A stretch of 24,511 nucleotides of DNA from the NCBI GenBank assembly GCA_038245905.1, contig JBBRRY010000042.1, positions 1 through 24,511 on the forward strand. Reading direction: 5' to 3'. Source of the stretch: Thermoanaerobaculia bacterium (lineage in GTDB: Bacteria; Acidobacteriota; Thermoanaerobaculia; UBA5066). Below are positions 16,488-24,511 of the stretch, piece by piece (position 1 is the stretch's first letter; each line of letters opens with the position of its first letter). Under the pieces are notes generated by a model. The model was not told where the DNA came from and searched no databases. It saw nothing but the letters and a program-made list of their open reading frames with translations. The translations under genes and the position numbers were made by a program.

Positions 16488-16806
16488 CGCATGGGACGTC
16501 GTCGCCGTCCCGTTCCCTTTCAGCGAGCGACCGGGAACGAAGAAACGGCCGGCTCTCGTCCTTAGCCGGCAGGCGTTCAACAAGGCTGGTCACACGATGC
16601 TGGCCATGATCACGACCCGAGCACATCGAGCCTGGCCGGGAGACGTGGAGATCGCGGGGCTGGACGCAGCTGGGCTCCCGCTCCCGTGCATCGTCCGGTT
16701 GAAAGTGTTTACGCTCGACAACCGCCTGTTCATCCGAAAAATCGGCTCGCTCACTCCTGCGGACCGCCGTCAGGTCTCGAGCGTCCTGAAGTCCTACCTC
16801 GTGTAG
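16477..16806 (+). CDS. PemK/MazF-family endoribonuclease toxin
   Basis: GTG start at 16477. WDVVAVPFPFSE...KKRPALVLS...AMITT...IVRLKVFTLD...IGSL. Confidence 0.88.
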   Translation: MICDAWDVVAVPFPFSERPGTKKRPALVLSRQAFNKAGHTMLAMITTRAHRAWPGDVEIAGLDAAGLPLPCIVRLKVFTLDNRLFIRKIGSLTPADRRQVSSVLKSYLV

Positions 16807-16819
16807 GGCTTCGCGACCG

Positions 16820-16991
16820 CGTCTCGCAATCGCCGAGAGGACCTTCCCGAGGTCCGCGTCCATCCGCGCCACGTCCGCGTCGTACAGCGCCAGGAGCTTC
16901 TCGCGGTCCCCCGGCTCGAACGAATACCCCGCCGGCCCGTGAAGATCGAGACGAGCGACGGCGCCGTCCACGGCGTCACCGTGTACGCACG
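16820..16991 (-). pseudogene. Collapsed remnant of a third sulfatase-fold gene
   Basis: RAYTVTPWTAPSLVSIFTG in one frame is joined to LLALYDADVARMDADLGKVL in another. The equivalent motifs are about 150 aa apart in the intact paralog at 2219-3880. Confidence 0.75.
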
Positions 16992-16997
16992 ACCCGG

Positions 16998-17191
16998 TCA
17001 CGACTTGGAGCCGCGCCGGGCCGCCGGCAGAAGAGCGAACCCCAGCGACTTCGCATTCCGCCGCACACGCTCGTCGAGGCTGAGGAACACCAGCTCCTGG
17101 ATGGAAGAGCGGGCTGTCAGGGCGCTCGAAAGGTGGAGAGCGTCCAGAGTTCGCACCGGCTCGTGGCGCTGTTTTCCGCGTACAGCTTCAG
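16998..17191 (-). pseudogene. PIN/VapC toxin with an internal deletion
   Basis: CTG at 17191 gives (M)KLYAENSA (PIN N-terminus). It joins out of frame to EPVRTLDALHLSSAL...VFLSLDERVRRNAKSLGF. Confidence 0.8.
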
Positions 17192-17302
17192 CGGTCGCCC
17201 CTTTCCTCGTCGAGCAGCTGCGCTGCCGTCTTCCCACGGAGCACGGGACCCAGAAGCGGATAGGCCTGCGCGCTATTCGTGCCGATGTGTGAAACCAATC
17301 CC
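17188..17302 (-). pseudogene. C-terminal remnant of an antitoxin
   Basis: GLVSHIG...AAQLLDEERGDR* resembles the tails of Phd-type antitoxins of PIN toxins. Stop overlaps the toxin CTG. Confidence 0.55.
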
Positions 17303-17339
17303 CGAGGCCGCGAGCCAGCCCCAGAAACCAAGGAGAGAG
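17303..17339 (-). repeat. Duplicate fragment of the VanZ-like gene 3' end
   Basis: 17303-17326 is identical to 18112-18135 and continues with synonymous changes (SLLGFWGWLAAS). Confidence 0.8.
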
Positions 17340-17379
17340 ACCGTCCGCAGGGCGAAGCGCTGAAAGTCAAAGTCTTCCC

Positions 17380-17766
17380 TTACCACGCCACCGTGACGGG
17401 ATATCGCGCGACCTGCGCGTCGCCACTCACGAGAACGAGGTTCTCGATCTGAGCCTGGGCGACGAGAATCCTGTCGAACGGGTCGGCGTGATGGTCGGGC
17501 AACGTCGAGACGTGTAGCGCGTGCCGGAGGTGAACCGGCAGAACATGAATGCCGTTGACCGCCACGTGTTTGGTCACGAAGTCCTCGAGGTTCTCCGCCA
17601 GCCGCAGCCGTCCGATTCTCGTCTTGATCGCAAGCTCCCAGGCGCTCGCAACACTCAGGAAGACCTCGTTCCGCTCTGACGAGATCAACTTTCGCGCCTT
17701 CGCCGGAAGCCTCGGATCGTCGCCGATCCACCAAAGGAACGCGTGGGTGTCGAGCAGCAGCTTCAC
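17380..17766 (-). CDS. vapC: PIN-domain VapC-type toxin
   Basis: MKLLLDTHAFLWW...SAWELAIK...HADPFDRILVAQA...LVSGD. Confidence 0.95.
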   Translation of the reverse strand: MKLLLDTHAFLWWIGDDPRLPAKARKLISSERNEVFLSVASAWELAIKTRIGRLRLAENLEDFVTKHVAVNGIHVLPVHLRHALHVSTLPDHHADPFDRILVAQAQIENLVLVSGDAQVARYPVTVAW

Positions 17767-17999
17767 AATCCGAAGAAACGTCGGAGCTTGGCTGGAAGGG
17801 GGGCATCGAAGTTCCCCTTCATCGTGAATCGGCCGCGCGCGCTTCCGGGTTCCCGGCGGGCCGTGCGGTCCGAAAACGGCACGAGGCGCGCCACGGGGCG
17901 GCCCGCCTTTCCAATCACGATCTCCTCTCCCTGGCTCAACCGGACGAGAAGTTTCGAGAAATGGGTCTTCGCCTCGTGGACGTTCACGACTTTCGACAT
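17763..17999 (-). CDS. Phd/YefM-family antitoxin
   Basis: MSKVVNVHEAKTHFSKLL...GEEIVIGKAGRPVARLVP. GTGA overlap with the toxin. Confidence 0.93.
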   Translation of the reverse strand: MSKVVNVHEAKTHFSKLLVRLSQGEEIVIGKAGRPVARLVPFSDRTARREPGSARGRFTMKGNFDAPLPAKLRRFFGL

Positions 18000-18005
18000 G
18001 TGCGA

Positions 18006-18030
18006 AGGATAGACTAAGCGATAGACTAAG
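18006..18030 (-). promoter_or_regulatory. -10 element and tandem operator of phd-vapC
   Basis: TATCCT 6 nt before the ATG. Direct repeat ATAGACTAAG at 18009-18018 and 18021-18030. Confidence 0.65.
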
Positions 18031-18054
18031 TGAATGCTAGCGGCGGGCCGTGAG

Positions 18055-18381
18055 TCACGCCGGGATGGCGGTGCGTTCCGTCTTCGAGTCCCTTCTCCAC
18101 GGGCTGTGCGGCGAGGCCGCGAGCCAGCCCCAGAAGCCCAGGAGCGAGCCGGCGTAGTTCCCGAAAATGTCAGCCACCGGAACGTCCGCATCGGGATGAA
18201 CTTCTGGCTCACCTCGTCTGTCGACGTACCAGAGCGTCACGTGCGGCTGCAGCCGCGGCAGGATGACCTTCAGCCACCAGTTCGGGGCATAGGGGATCGT
18301 CACCAGCGCCACCGAGGCCGCCACGGCCGCCGCCACGGCCCACCCCCGGCTACAGAGCCACGGTCCACCTCGCCGATCCAT
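18055..18381 (-). pseudogene. VanZ-like membrane protein pseudogene
   Basis: STDEVSQKFIPMRTF and, after a 1-nt shift, VADIFGNYAGSLLGFWGW reconstruct the VanZ DExxQ..P.R....D...N..G motif. ATG at 18381 with TAGACT 7 nt upstream. Confidence 0.7.
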
Positions 18382-18424
18382 ATAACGAAGTCTACGGGCC
18401 CTCTCGCTACACTCCTCAACACAA

Positions 18425-20767
18425 GTGCTCCGCCGCTTCCTTCTTCGCTCGCTGGTCCTCGCCGGGATTATCCTGGCCTGCTTCGGGCAGCTCGTCTGGC
18501 GCGGCGCACACGCGAGAAAAGTTGTCCTCGAGAACTTCCCGACACCCCACTGGTCGACGGGGAAGGTTCTCTTGGCGCACATCCGCCCCACCGGACAGCC
18601 CGGACACGTCTACGACCTCACCTTCGTCCCGGAGGCGGAAGGCGGCGTCCGGCCGCCGCAGGGCGCGCGCCTCATGATCCAGCTCGCTACGGCGCAGACG
18701 CGCATCCTCGTCGTGCGCGGGGGCCACCCGAACACGTCCGTCTCATGGTGGGAAGTTCTTCGCGGGCGCGAGAGCCTCCAGATTCTGCCGGATCGCGGCT
18801 GGCTAGACCTCGGAGAGATGCCCGCCGACGGCGCACCGCTCGAGGTGCAGGTCGTCGGCCTCCTGCCCGCCCCGTATGGCTTCTACGAGATCTTCACGGA
18901 CGACCGGCCGGCCATCGCGAAGGTCCGCATCGCGCGGCCCGACTCGCCGCGCGCCCGGCCGCTCAGGATCCTCCCGCGCTACCGCTTCCTCGTCCCCGCG
19001 CCCGTCCCACCGGGCGAGACTCTGGCCCGGTTCTTCTTCTTCATCTCCTGCAGCCGGGTCCTGCAAGCCACCGGCTTCGCCGCCCTCGTTCTGCTCTTCG
19101 CCGGCTGGTGGTGGCTGTGGGAGAAGCGCGCCGCACGCGCGGTCGCGTGCCTCGTCCCCGCCTTGACGCTCCTGCACGCATGCTGCCTCGCGCCGCTGCA
19201 AGGCGCCGATGAGGCGACGCACGTCGGAACGGTCGAGGCGGTGCTTTTCAACCCGGACCTCTTCAAGAACCCCAGCGCTTATCCGAAGTCGATCGCCCGG
19301 CTGTACGAGGCGATCGGCTACTTCTCGTGGGCCGGATACCCCGACATCCCCGTAACGGGGCTTCTCCCCGAGAACCGGGACGCAACACGAGACTCGGTTT
19401 CGAAAGTTCTCGCCTCCGAGGCGCGGGAGGACGCAGGCGTCAGACCCGACGCCTTCCTGATCAACCCGCGGACGCGCGCGCCCCTCTATTACAACTCGTT
19501 CCGCCTCGTTGGCTCCGTTCTCAAGCGGCTCAGCGTCCTCGATCGCGTCGAGGCCTACGTCGTCCTTTCCACGTTGATGTCCCTCGGCTTCTTTCTCGCC
19601 GGCCTCTGGGTTCTCGCACGGGCCGGCCTCGACACGAGCATCGTCGCGATCTATGGGCTCGTCTCCCTCTGGCCATACTCGGTCGGCGTCGTCGCGAGCT
19701 GCTCCAACTACTCCCTCGCGATCGGGATCGGCCAGTTCCTCACGGCGTGCCTCGTCGCAGGTGTTCTCGCCGGGAGGCAGAGCACAAGGCTCCTCGCGGC
19801 TGCCGCGTTTTCTTTCGTGAGCCTCGTCGGAATCGGCGTGTGGGACGACTTCGTTTTTTTCGCCTTACCGTCTCTCATCGCCTTGACGCTTCTCGCGGCG
19901 GCAGCAGCCTGGCGCCTCCCGGCCAGCGGGACGCGGAGGCTCGCGACCGGCTCGGTCCTTTCCATCGGCGTCCCTCTAACCATCGCGCTCACGTACGCTC
20001 TTGCTACCGGCCGGATTCGCCGGCTCATCTCGAGCCTCGGTGCCCGACTTCCCAAGGAGTTGGGCGGCTTCGAGGACCCGTCGCTCTGGCTCCTCCTCGC
20101 CATGGCAGCCGCACCACTCGTCGTCTGCCTCATCCTCGTCCTCGCGATCGTCCGCTCGAGCGAATGGGCGGCAGCCACTCGCCAGCGCGCCGCGCGAATC
20201 CGCTCGGCGGCGCTAATCGCCCTCTTCGTCGGAATGTTCATTGCGACGCCGTGGACGACCATACCGTTCGAAACGACCCGTCTCGACTATCCCGACGAAG
20301 TCGCCGCCCATTGGGCCAGTTTCTGGTCGAACAACTTCGCCTTCGATCAGGACGTCCTCTCCTGGAAGATGTACTGGGGCGTCTTTGGTTACGCCGACGT
20401 CTCGTACCCGGACGTGTTCTACGCAATCGCGCGCTGGGGCTGTGTCGGGCTTTTCCTCGCCCTACCGATTCTGAGCTGGAGGTTCACCCAGCGCAGCCCG
20501 GCCCGCTCGGCCTTCCTCCTCGCCGCGTCGGGCTTCGCCCTGTCGGTCTGCATCGTGACGAACTCCCTGCGTTACTTCGTGCCGACGAATCCGTGGGGGC
20601 GGTTCATCCTGCCGGCTCTTCCCCTGGTCGCACTCCCATCGCTCGCCCGGGCCGGAGAGGCGGTGTCCCGAGCAGGGCCCACTCGACTTGCCCTCGCGGT
20701 TCTCGCCGCTCTTCATGTCTGGACAGCGATCGCGCTTGTCGGTTCGCGCTATTCCGTGGGACTCTGA
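18425..20767 (+). CDS. Large polytopic membrane protein, DUF2142/GT-C-like
   Basis: About a dozen hydrophobic segments. PLQGADEATH resembles the PDExxH loop motif. APLYY, YWGVFG and GRFILP motifs. Confidence 0.65.
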   Translation: MLRRFLLRSLVLAGIILACFGQLVWRGAHARKVVLENFPTPHWSTGKVLLAHIRPTGQPGHVYDLTFVPEAEGGVRPPQGARLMIQLATAQTRILVVRGGHPNTSVSWWEVLRGRESLQILPDRGWLDLGEMPADGAPLEVQVVGLLPAPYGFYEIFTDDRPAIAKVRIARPDSPRARPLRILPRYRFLVPAPVPPGETLARFFFFISCSRVLQATGFAALVLLFAGWWWLWEKRAARAVACLVPALTLLHACCLAPLQGADEATHVGTVEAVLFNPDLFKNPSAYPKSIARLYEAIGYFSWAGYPDIPVTGLLPENRDATRDSVSKVLASEAREDAGVRPDAFLINPRTRAPLYYNSFRLVGSVLKRLSVLDRVEAYVVLSTLMSLGFFLAGLWVLARAGLDTSIVAIYGLVSLWPYSVGVVASCSNYSLAIGIGQFLTACLVAGVLAGRQSTRLLAAAAFSFVSLVGIGVWDDFVFFALPSLIALTLLAAAAAWRLPASGTRRLATGSVLSIGVPLTIALTYALATGRIRRLISSLGARLPKELGGFEDPSLWLLLAMAAAPLVVCLILVLAIVRSSEWAAATRQRAARIRSAALIALFVGMFIATPWTTIPFETTRLDYPDEVAAHWASFWSNNFAFDQDVLSWKMYWGVFGYADVSYPDVFYAIARWGCVGLFLALPILSWRFTQRSPARSAFLLAASGFALSVCIVTNSLRYFVPTNPWGRFILPALPLVALPSLARAGEAVSRAGPTRLALAVLAALHVWTAIALVGSRYSVGL

Positions 20768-20834
20768 CGCCGCCCTCGGCCGGAGCCCCGCCCGAAAGCA
20801 TCCCTCCCGATGTGTGGCAGAGGGTGGATCACCA

Positions 20835-21311
20835 ATGAGAATCCGCAGGATCGAGTCCATTCTTTTCGCCATCGCCCTTGCATCCACGTCGGCGGTTGCA
20901 ACTAGGCCGGATGCGAACCCGAGAGGGCACGCGGAGATCCCAAACTGGCAGGCCCCGAGAAGTGGTCGCCTGACTCCGCAGCCGCGGTTCAGGACCCCCG
21001 CGGCGGTCGCACAGGACGCCAAAGCCGCGGCCCTGGCCGGCGTGCTCGCCCCGCGAACACCCCTGATCATCACACAGCCGACACCCCTGACGTTCATTCC
21101 GATCACTCCGTGCCGGGGTGGCCGACACGCGCGGCAATGGCTTCACGGGAGCGTACGGGCCGCCAAGCCTCCTGGGAAGCGTGCTCTCTTTGCGGACGCC
21201 GCGGTCGGGCCGCTCGGCACCGGCGCAAACGCGGGGCAGATCACGGTCGTCAACGAGTCTGCGAACGTCGTCGATCTCTTCTTCGACGTGAACGCTTTTC
21301 ATGTCCAGTAG
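20835..21311 (+). pseudogene. Decayed third member of the fibre family (N-terminal domain only)
   Basis: Signal peptide, NWQAP, PLTFIPITPCR, then an extra G shifts VADTRGNGFTGAYGPPS out of frame. After an internal deletion it reads PLGTGANAGQITVVNESANVVDLFFDVN. Confidence 0.85.
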
Positions 21312-21361
21312 ATGACCGAATCAAGCCATCGCGGGGCGGCCGTCGAACCCGTTCGGGCACG

Positions 21362-22249
21362 TCAGCCGCCGTTCGAATCCCGCAGCATCGCGGCCAGAAC
21401 CGCCAGGGCGAGGACGGCCATCGCGGCGATCGCTCCGGCAAGAACGGGCCGCGGCGACACGTGCCCGAGCGGCTCGGCGGGAGGGGCGAGCACCTGGACC
21501 TGAAGGGCCTGTCCCACGAGCGCGCTGAGGGCCGCGGGATCGCGGAGAACTCCTTCGAGGGCCTGGCCTCGGGCCTGCGCCATCTCGAGACCCACCTCCT
21601 GCTGCGCCTCGTTCAGGCTGAGGTACGTGCGTGCCGGATTCGCGGCCCGCGCGATCACGGGATCGACCTTGGCCGCTTCGAGGGCCGCCGCCGTGCCCGA
21701 CCCCGACGCGCCGGCCGCGTGCCCCCCCGGACCGAGAACCGCACGCACGCCTTCAAGGATCTTCCGCGCCGTCGCGAGATCGAGGCGCGCCTGTTCGGCC
21801 GCCGCCAGGGCGCTCGTCCGGGCCGCCGAGGTGAGCCGTTCCTGGAGATAGCTCTGGGCGACCGCGAGGAGCTTCTCGCCTCGCTCGCGTGCCTCGCGCG
21901 GCGTTCCGCCCCTCGCGCGGAGCGTCAGGAGCGCCCGCCGTTCGTCGTAGCGGGCTTCGTAGATCCGGTCAGGCCGCTCGACACCGAGCGCCTCGCTGAA
22001 CGCCCTCGTGTCCAGACGCTGCGTGAAGGCCTGAGCGAGTGCGGCCGGTGCGGGAAGGTTCGCGAGCAGCTGGCCGCTCACCAGTGCTCCCGAGACGTTC
22101 TGCGTCGAGACGGCGAGACCGACAGAGGCTTGGCTCACGTACGTTTTCTGCTGGAGCGAAGCCACGAGCGCGACGAGGAGGCCAACCGCCACCGCTGCGA
22201 GACCCGCGCCGACCAGGAACTTCAGCGATTGCCGGCCGCCTGCGGACAT
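21362..22249 (-). CDS. Wzz-like polysaccharide chain-length determinant (co-polymerase)
   Basis: N- and C-terminal TM helices, coiled-coil-like middle, Pro-rich APPAEP..VSPRP motif before TM2. Confidence 0.7.
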   Translation of the reverse strand: MSAGGRQSLKFLVGAGLAAVAVGLLVALVASLQQKTYVSQASVGLAVSTQNVSGALVSGQLLANLPAPAALAQAFTQRLDTRAFSEALGVERPDRIYEARYDERRALLTLRARGGTPREARERGEKLLAVAQSYLQERLTSAARTSALAAAEQARLDLATARKILEGVRAVLGPGGHAAGASGSGTAAALEAAKVDPVIARAANPARTYLSLNEAQQEVGLEMAQARGQALEGVLRDPAALSALVGQALQVQVLAPPAEPLGHVSPRPVLAGAIAAMAVLALAVLAAMLRDSNGG

Positions 22250-22289
22250 CGACGGAGTATAGCCACCCCGACCACGCCCGGACGACGCT

Positions 22290-24215
22290 TCAGGCCGATC
22301 GCGGCTCGGCGAGGGCGGACTCCTCGGTATTTCCGAGAGAGCCCTCGGGAACGAGAGTCTGCAAGCACTGCCGGATCCCCTCCGCGTCCTCGTCGCGTGC
22401 GCGCGCTTCCAGCTCGGCGAGACCTCGGTCGAGGTCGGCGGTTTTCATTGGAAGCATCGTGCCGACGAAGATCTTGGCGTGCCCCGTCGTCACGGCGTTC
22501 TCGGCCTTGCTCGCCACTTCCTCGTAGAGCTTCTCGCCGGGGCGCACGCCCGTGTACACGATCGAAATGTCTTCGTCGGGCCTGAGGCCGGAGAGCGCGA
22601 TCATGTCGCGTGCGAGATCGATGATCCGCACGGGCTCTCCCATGTCCAGAATGAAGATCTCCCCGCCCTTGCCCAGCGTTCCGGCCTGGAGCACCAACTG
22701 GCTCGCTTCGGGAATCGTCATGAAGAAGCGCACCATGTCCGGGTGCGTGATCGTGACCGGCCCTCCGGCACGAATCTGCTCGCGGAAGATCGGGATCACG
22801 GAACCCGCGGACCCGAGGACGTTGCCGAACCGCACCGCAAGGAAACGCGTCGGGAATCGCCGATCGAGGTCCTGGATGACGAGCTCGGCGACCCGCTTGG
22901 AAGCCCCCATCACGGAGGTCGGCCGCACGGCCTTGTCCGTGGAGATCAGGACGAACACCTCCGCGCCCTCGCGGCCCGCGATCTCCCCGAGGCGGCGGGT
23001 CGCAAGAATGTTGTTCTTCACGGCCTCCGCGGGATTCGACTCCATGAGGGGGACGTGCTTGTGCGCCGCCGCATGGAGGACGACCTGCGGGCGGAATTCC
23101 GAGAAGATGCCGCGCATCCTCACCTCGTCGCCAACGTCCGCGACGAGGGCCGCGACGCCCAACTCGGGCCACAGGCGCCGGACCTCGCGATCGATCTCGA
23201 AGAGCGCGAACTCCGCGCGCTCGACGAGAAGCAGCTTCCCGGGGGCCATGCGGGCGACCTGCCGGGCGAGCTCCGAGCCGATGGACCCTCCTGCGCCAGT
23301 CACGAGCACGCGACGGCCCGTCAGGAATCTCCGGAGCTCCGCCTCGTCGAGCCGCACGGTGTCCCGGCCGAGCAGGTCCTCGATCTCGACGTCGCGGATG
23401 CTGCTGATCTGGACGTTGCCCTGGAGGATCTCCCAGATTCCCGGCATGATCCGGACCTTCACCGGGATCGACTCGCAGATCTCAACGATCCGCCGGATCT
23501 CGCGCCGCGGCGCGCGGGCGATCGTGATGATGACCTGCTCGATCCCGAGGTGGCGCACGAGTCCCGGCAGCTCGGCGGTCGTTCCGACCACCCGGAGGCC
23601 GTGAATCCGGCTGTCCTTTTTGAGAGGGTCGTCGTCCACGAAGCCCCTCACATCGAGCTCGCTGTCGCCCTTTCCGAGAATCTCGCGGGAGGCGAGGACT
23701 CCGGCGCGCCCGGCGCCCACGAGGAGGACGCGCTGGCGCGGCGTCACGGCCAACCGCGCAGCATCCCCGATCCGCTCGTAGGTCTCGTAATGGATCCGGC
23801 GGGTCACGCGCAGCGCGAGGACGCCCCCGAACGCGAGACAGGTGTCGAGGAGCACGACGGAAAGTGGAACCCGGTAGGCTTCGAGCGCCGCGGGCAGCGC
23901 GAAGCGCATCGCGAGGAGCGGCACGAGGTTGACGAGCGCCGCTTTCGTGAACGCGTGGACCTCGGCGATGCCCACGTACCGCCAGATGAAGAAGTAGATC
24001 CCAAACGCCGAGAGCGTCCCGAACTGGATCAGGACCACGACCGGGAGCTGCTGCAGGCTGCGGGCCAGGATGTCCGGCGGGATCGCGAACTCGAACCGGA
24101 TCGCGTAGGCAACGAAGAACGCCGCCGCGAGGACGATCAGGTCCAGAACGTACTGGACCGGCCGGCGCCTCAGCCAGCCGAGGGAATCCTTTCTCTTCTT
24201 TCCGGAGGGTGACAC
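22290..24215 (-). CDS. CapD/WbpM/PglF-like membrane-bound UDP-sugar 4,6-dehydratase
   Basis: Four N-terminal TMs, GAGRAG, VTGAGGSIGSEL, HAAAHKHVPLME, STDKAVRPTSVMGASK, RFGNVLGSAGSV, RPGEKLYEE. GTG at 24215 chosen because earlier starts lie inside the upstream gene. Confidence 0.93.
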   Translation of the reverse strand: MSPSGKKRKDSLGWLRRRPVQYVLDLIVLAAAFFVAYAIRFEFAIPPDILARSLQQLPVVVLIQFGTLSAFGIYFFIWRYVGIAEVHAFTKAALVNLVPLLAMRFALPAALEAYRVPLSVVLLDTCLAFGGVLALRVTRRIHYETYERIGDAARLAVTPRQRVLLVGAGRAGVLASREILGKGDSELDVRGFVDDDPLKKDSRIHGLRVVGTTAELPGLVRHLGIEQVIITIARAPRREIRRIVEICESIPVKVRIMPGIWEILQGNVQISSIRDVEIEDLLGRDTVRLDEAELRRFLTGRRVLVTGAGGSIGSELARQVARMAPGKLLLVERAEFALFEIDREVRRLWPELGVAALVADVGDEVRMRGIFSEFRPQVVLHAAAHKHVPLMESNPAEAVKNNILATRRLGEIAGREGAEVFVLISTDKAVRPTSVMGASKRVAELVIQDLDRRFPTRFLAVRFGNVLGSAGSVIPIFREQIRAGGPVTITHPDMVRFFMTIPEASQLVLQAGTLGKGGEIFILDMGEPVRIIDLARDMIALSGLRPDEDISIVYTGVRPGEKLYEEVASKAENAVTTGHAKIFVGTMLPMKTADLDRGLAELEARARDEDAEGIRQCLQTLVPEGSLGNTEESALAEPRSA

Positions 24216-24222
24216 CCCGGGA

Positions 24223-24511
24223 TTATCCGCCGTCGACGCCCCGGCCGCAGTCGCGGACGATCCGGACGACGCGGTTCCGGTCCTCGTCCGTAAGGCTCGA
24301 TCCGCTCGGGAGACAGAGTCCATTTTCAAAGAGTGCCGCCGAGACGCCCCCTCCCACGCGCCGGCAGGAGGAGAAGACGGGCTGGAGGTGCATCGGCTTC
24401 CAGAGAGGTCGCGACTCGATGTCCTCGGCCTCGAGGGCGAGACGGACGTCCTCCCGCGTCGCCCCGAACGCCTTCGGGTCGAAGACCGCGCAGCTCAGCC
24501 AGCGGTTGCCC
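24223..24511 (-). CDS. DegT/DnrJ/EryC1/StrS (PglE/EpsN-like) sugar aminotransferase, 3' part
   Basis: Manual translation: NRWLSC...LEAEDIESRPLWKPMHLQPVF...LFENGLCLPSGSSLT...*, stop at 24225-24223. Missing from the ORF track. Confidence 0.9.
   Translation of the reverse strand, partial: GNRWLSCAVFDPKAFGATREDVRLALEAEDIESRPLWKPMHLQPVFSSCRRVGGGVSAALFENGLCLPSGSSLTDEDRNRVVRIVRDCGRGVDGG

Noticed and set aside
14325-18381. Integron cassette array, IS element or CRISPR array
   Set aside because: No recurring attC-like palindromes, integrase, transposase, terminal inverted repeats or regularly spaced repeats were seen, and gene orientations are mixed.
22479-24212. 577-aa and 350-aa plus-strand ORFs
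   Set aside because: Antisense to the CapD-like gene, with no recognisable motifs.
24216-24329. Extended CapD N-terminus (MKMDSVSR...)
   Set aside because: Lies inside the aminotransferase 3' end. GTG at 24215 with a -10 element fits better.

Overview
GC-rich bacterial window. Acidobacteriota/Thermoanaerobaculia-like gene content is an inference only. Left edge: uvrA (minus strand, partial, missing from the ORF track). It is followed by a surface-glycan/surface-protein island with two Thr-nucleophile sulfatase-fold genes, two paralogous secreted Gly-rich fibre-like genes (plus a third decayed copy), two GT2s, gmd, a GT4, a large polytopic membrane protein, a Wzz-like gene, a CapD/PglF-like dehydratase and a partial DegT/PglE-like aminotransferase. 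A ~3.7 kb toxin-antitoxin cluster (14.3-18.0 kb) has three intact type II pairs and four apparently disarmed modules in which the toxin was deleted. The most notable observations are (1) modular fibre genes with a conserved N-terminal domain, an exchanged beta-repeat shaft and a putative C-terminal chaperone, each next to a sulfatase-fold gene; (2) diverged duplicate gene fragments at module borders, suggesting cassette stacking by homologous recombination; (3) a toxin-deletion graveyard; and (4) widespread leaderless-type promoters and CTG starts.
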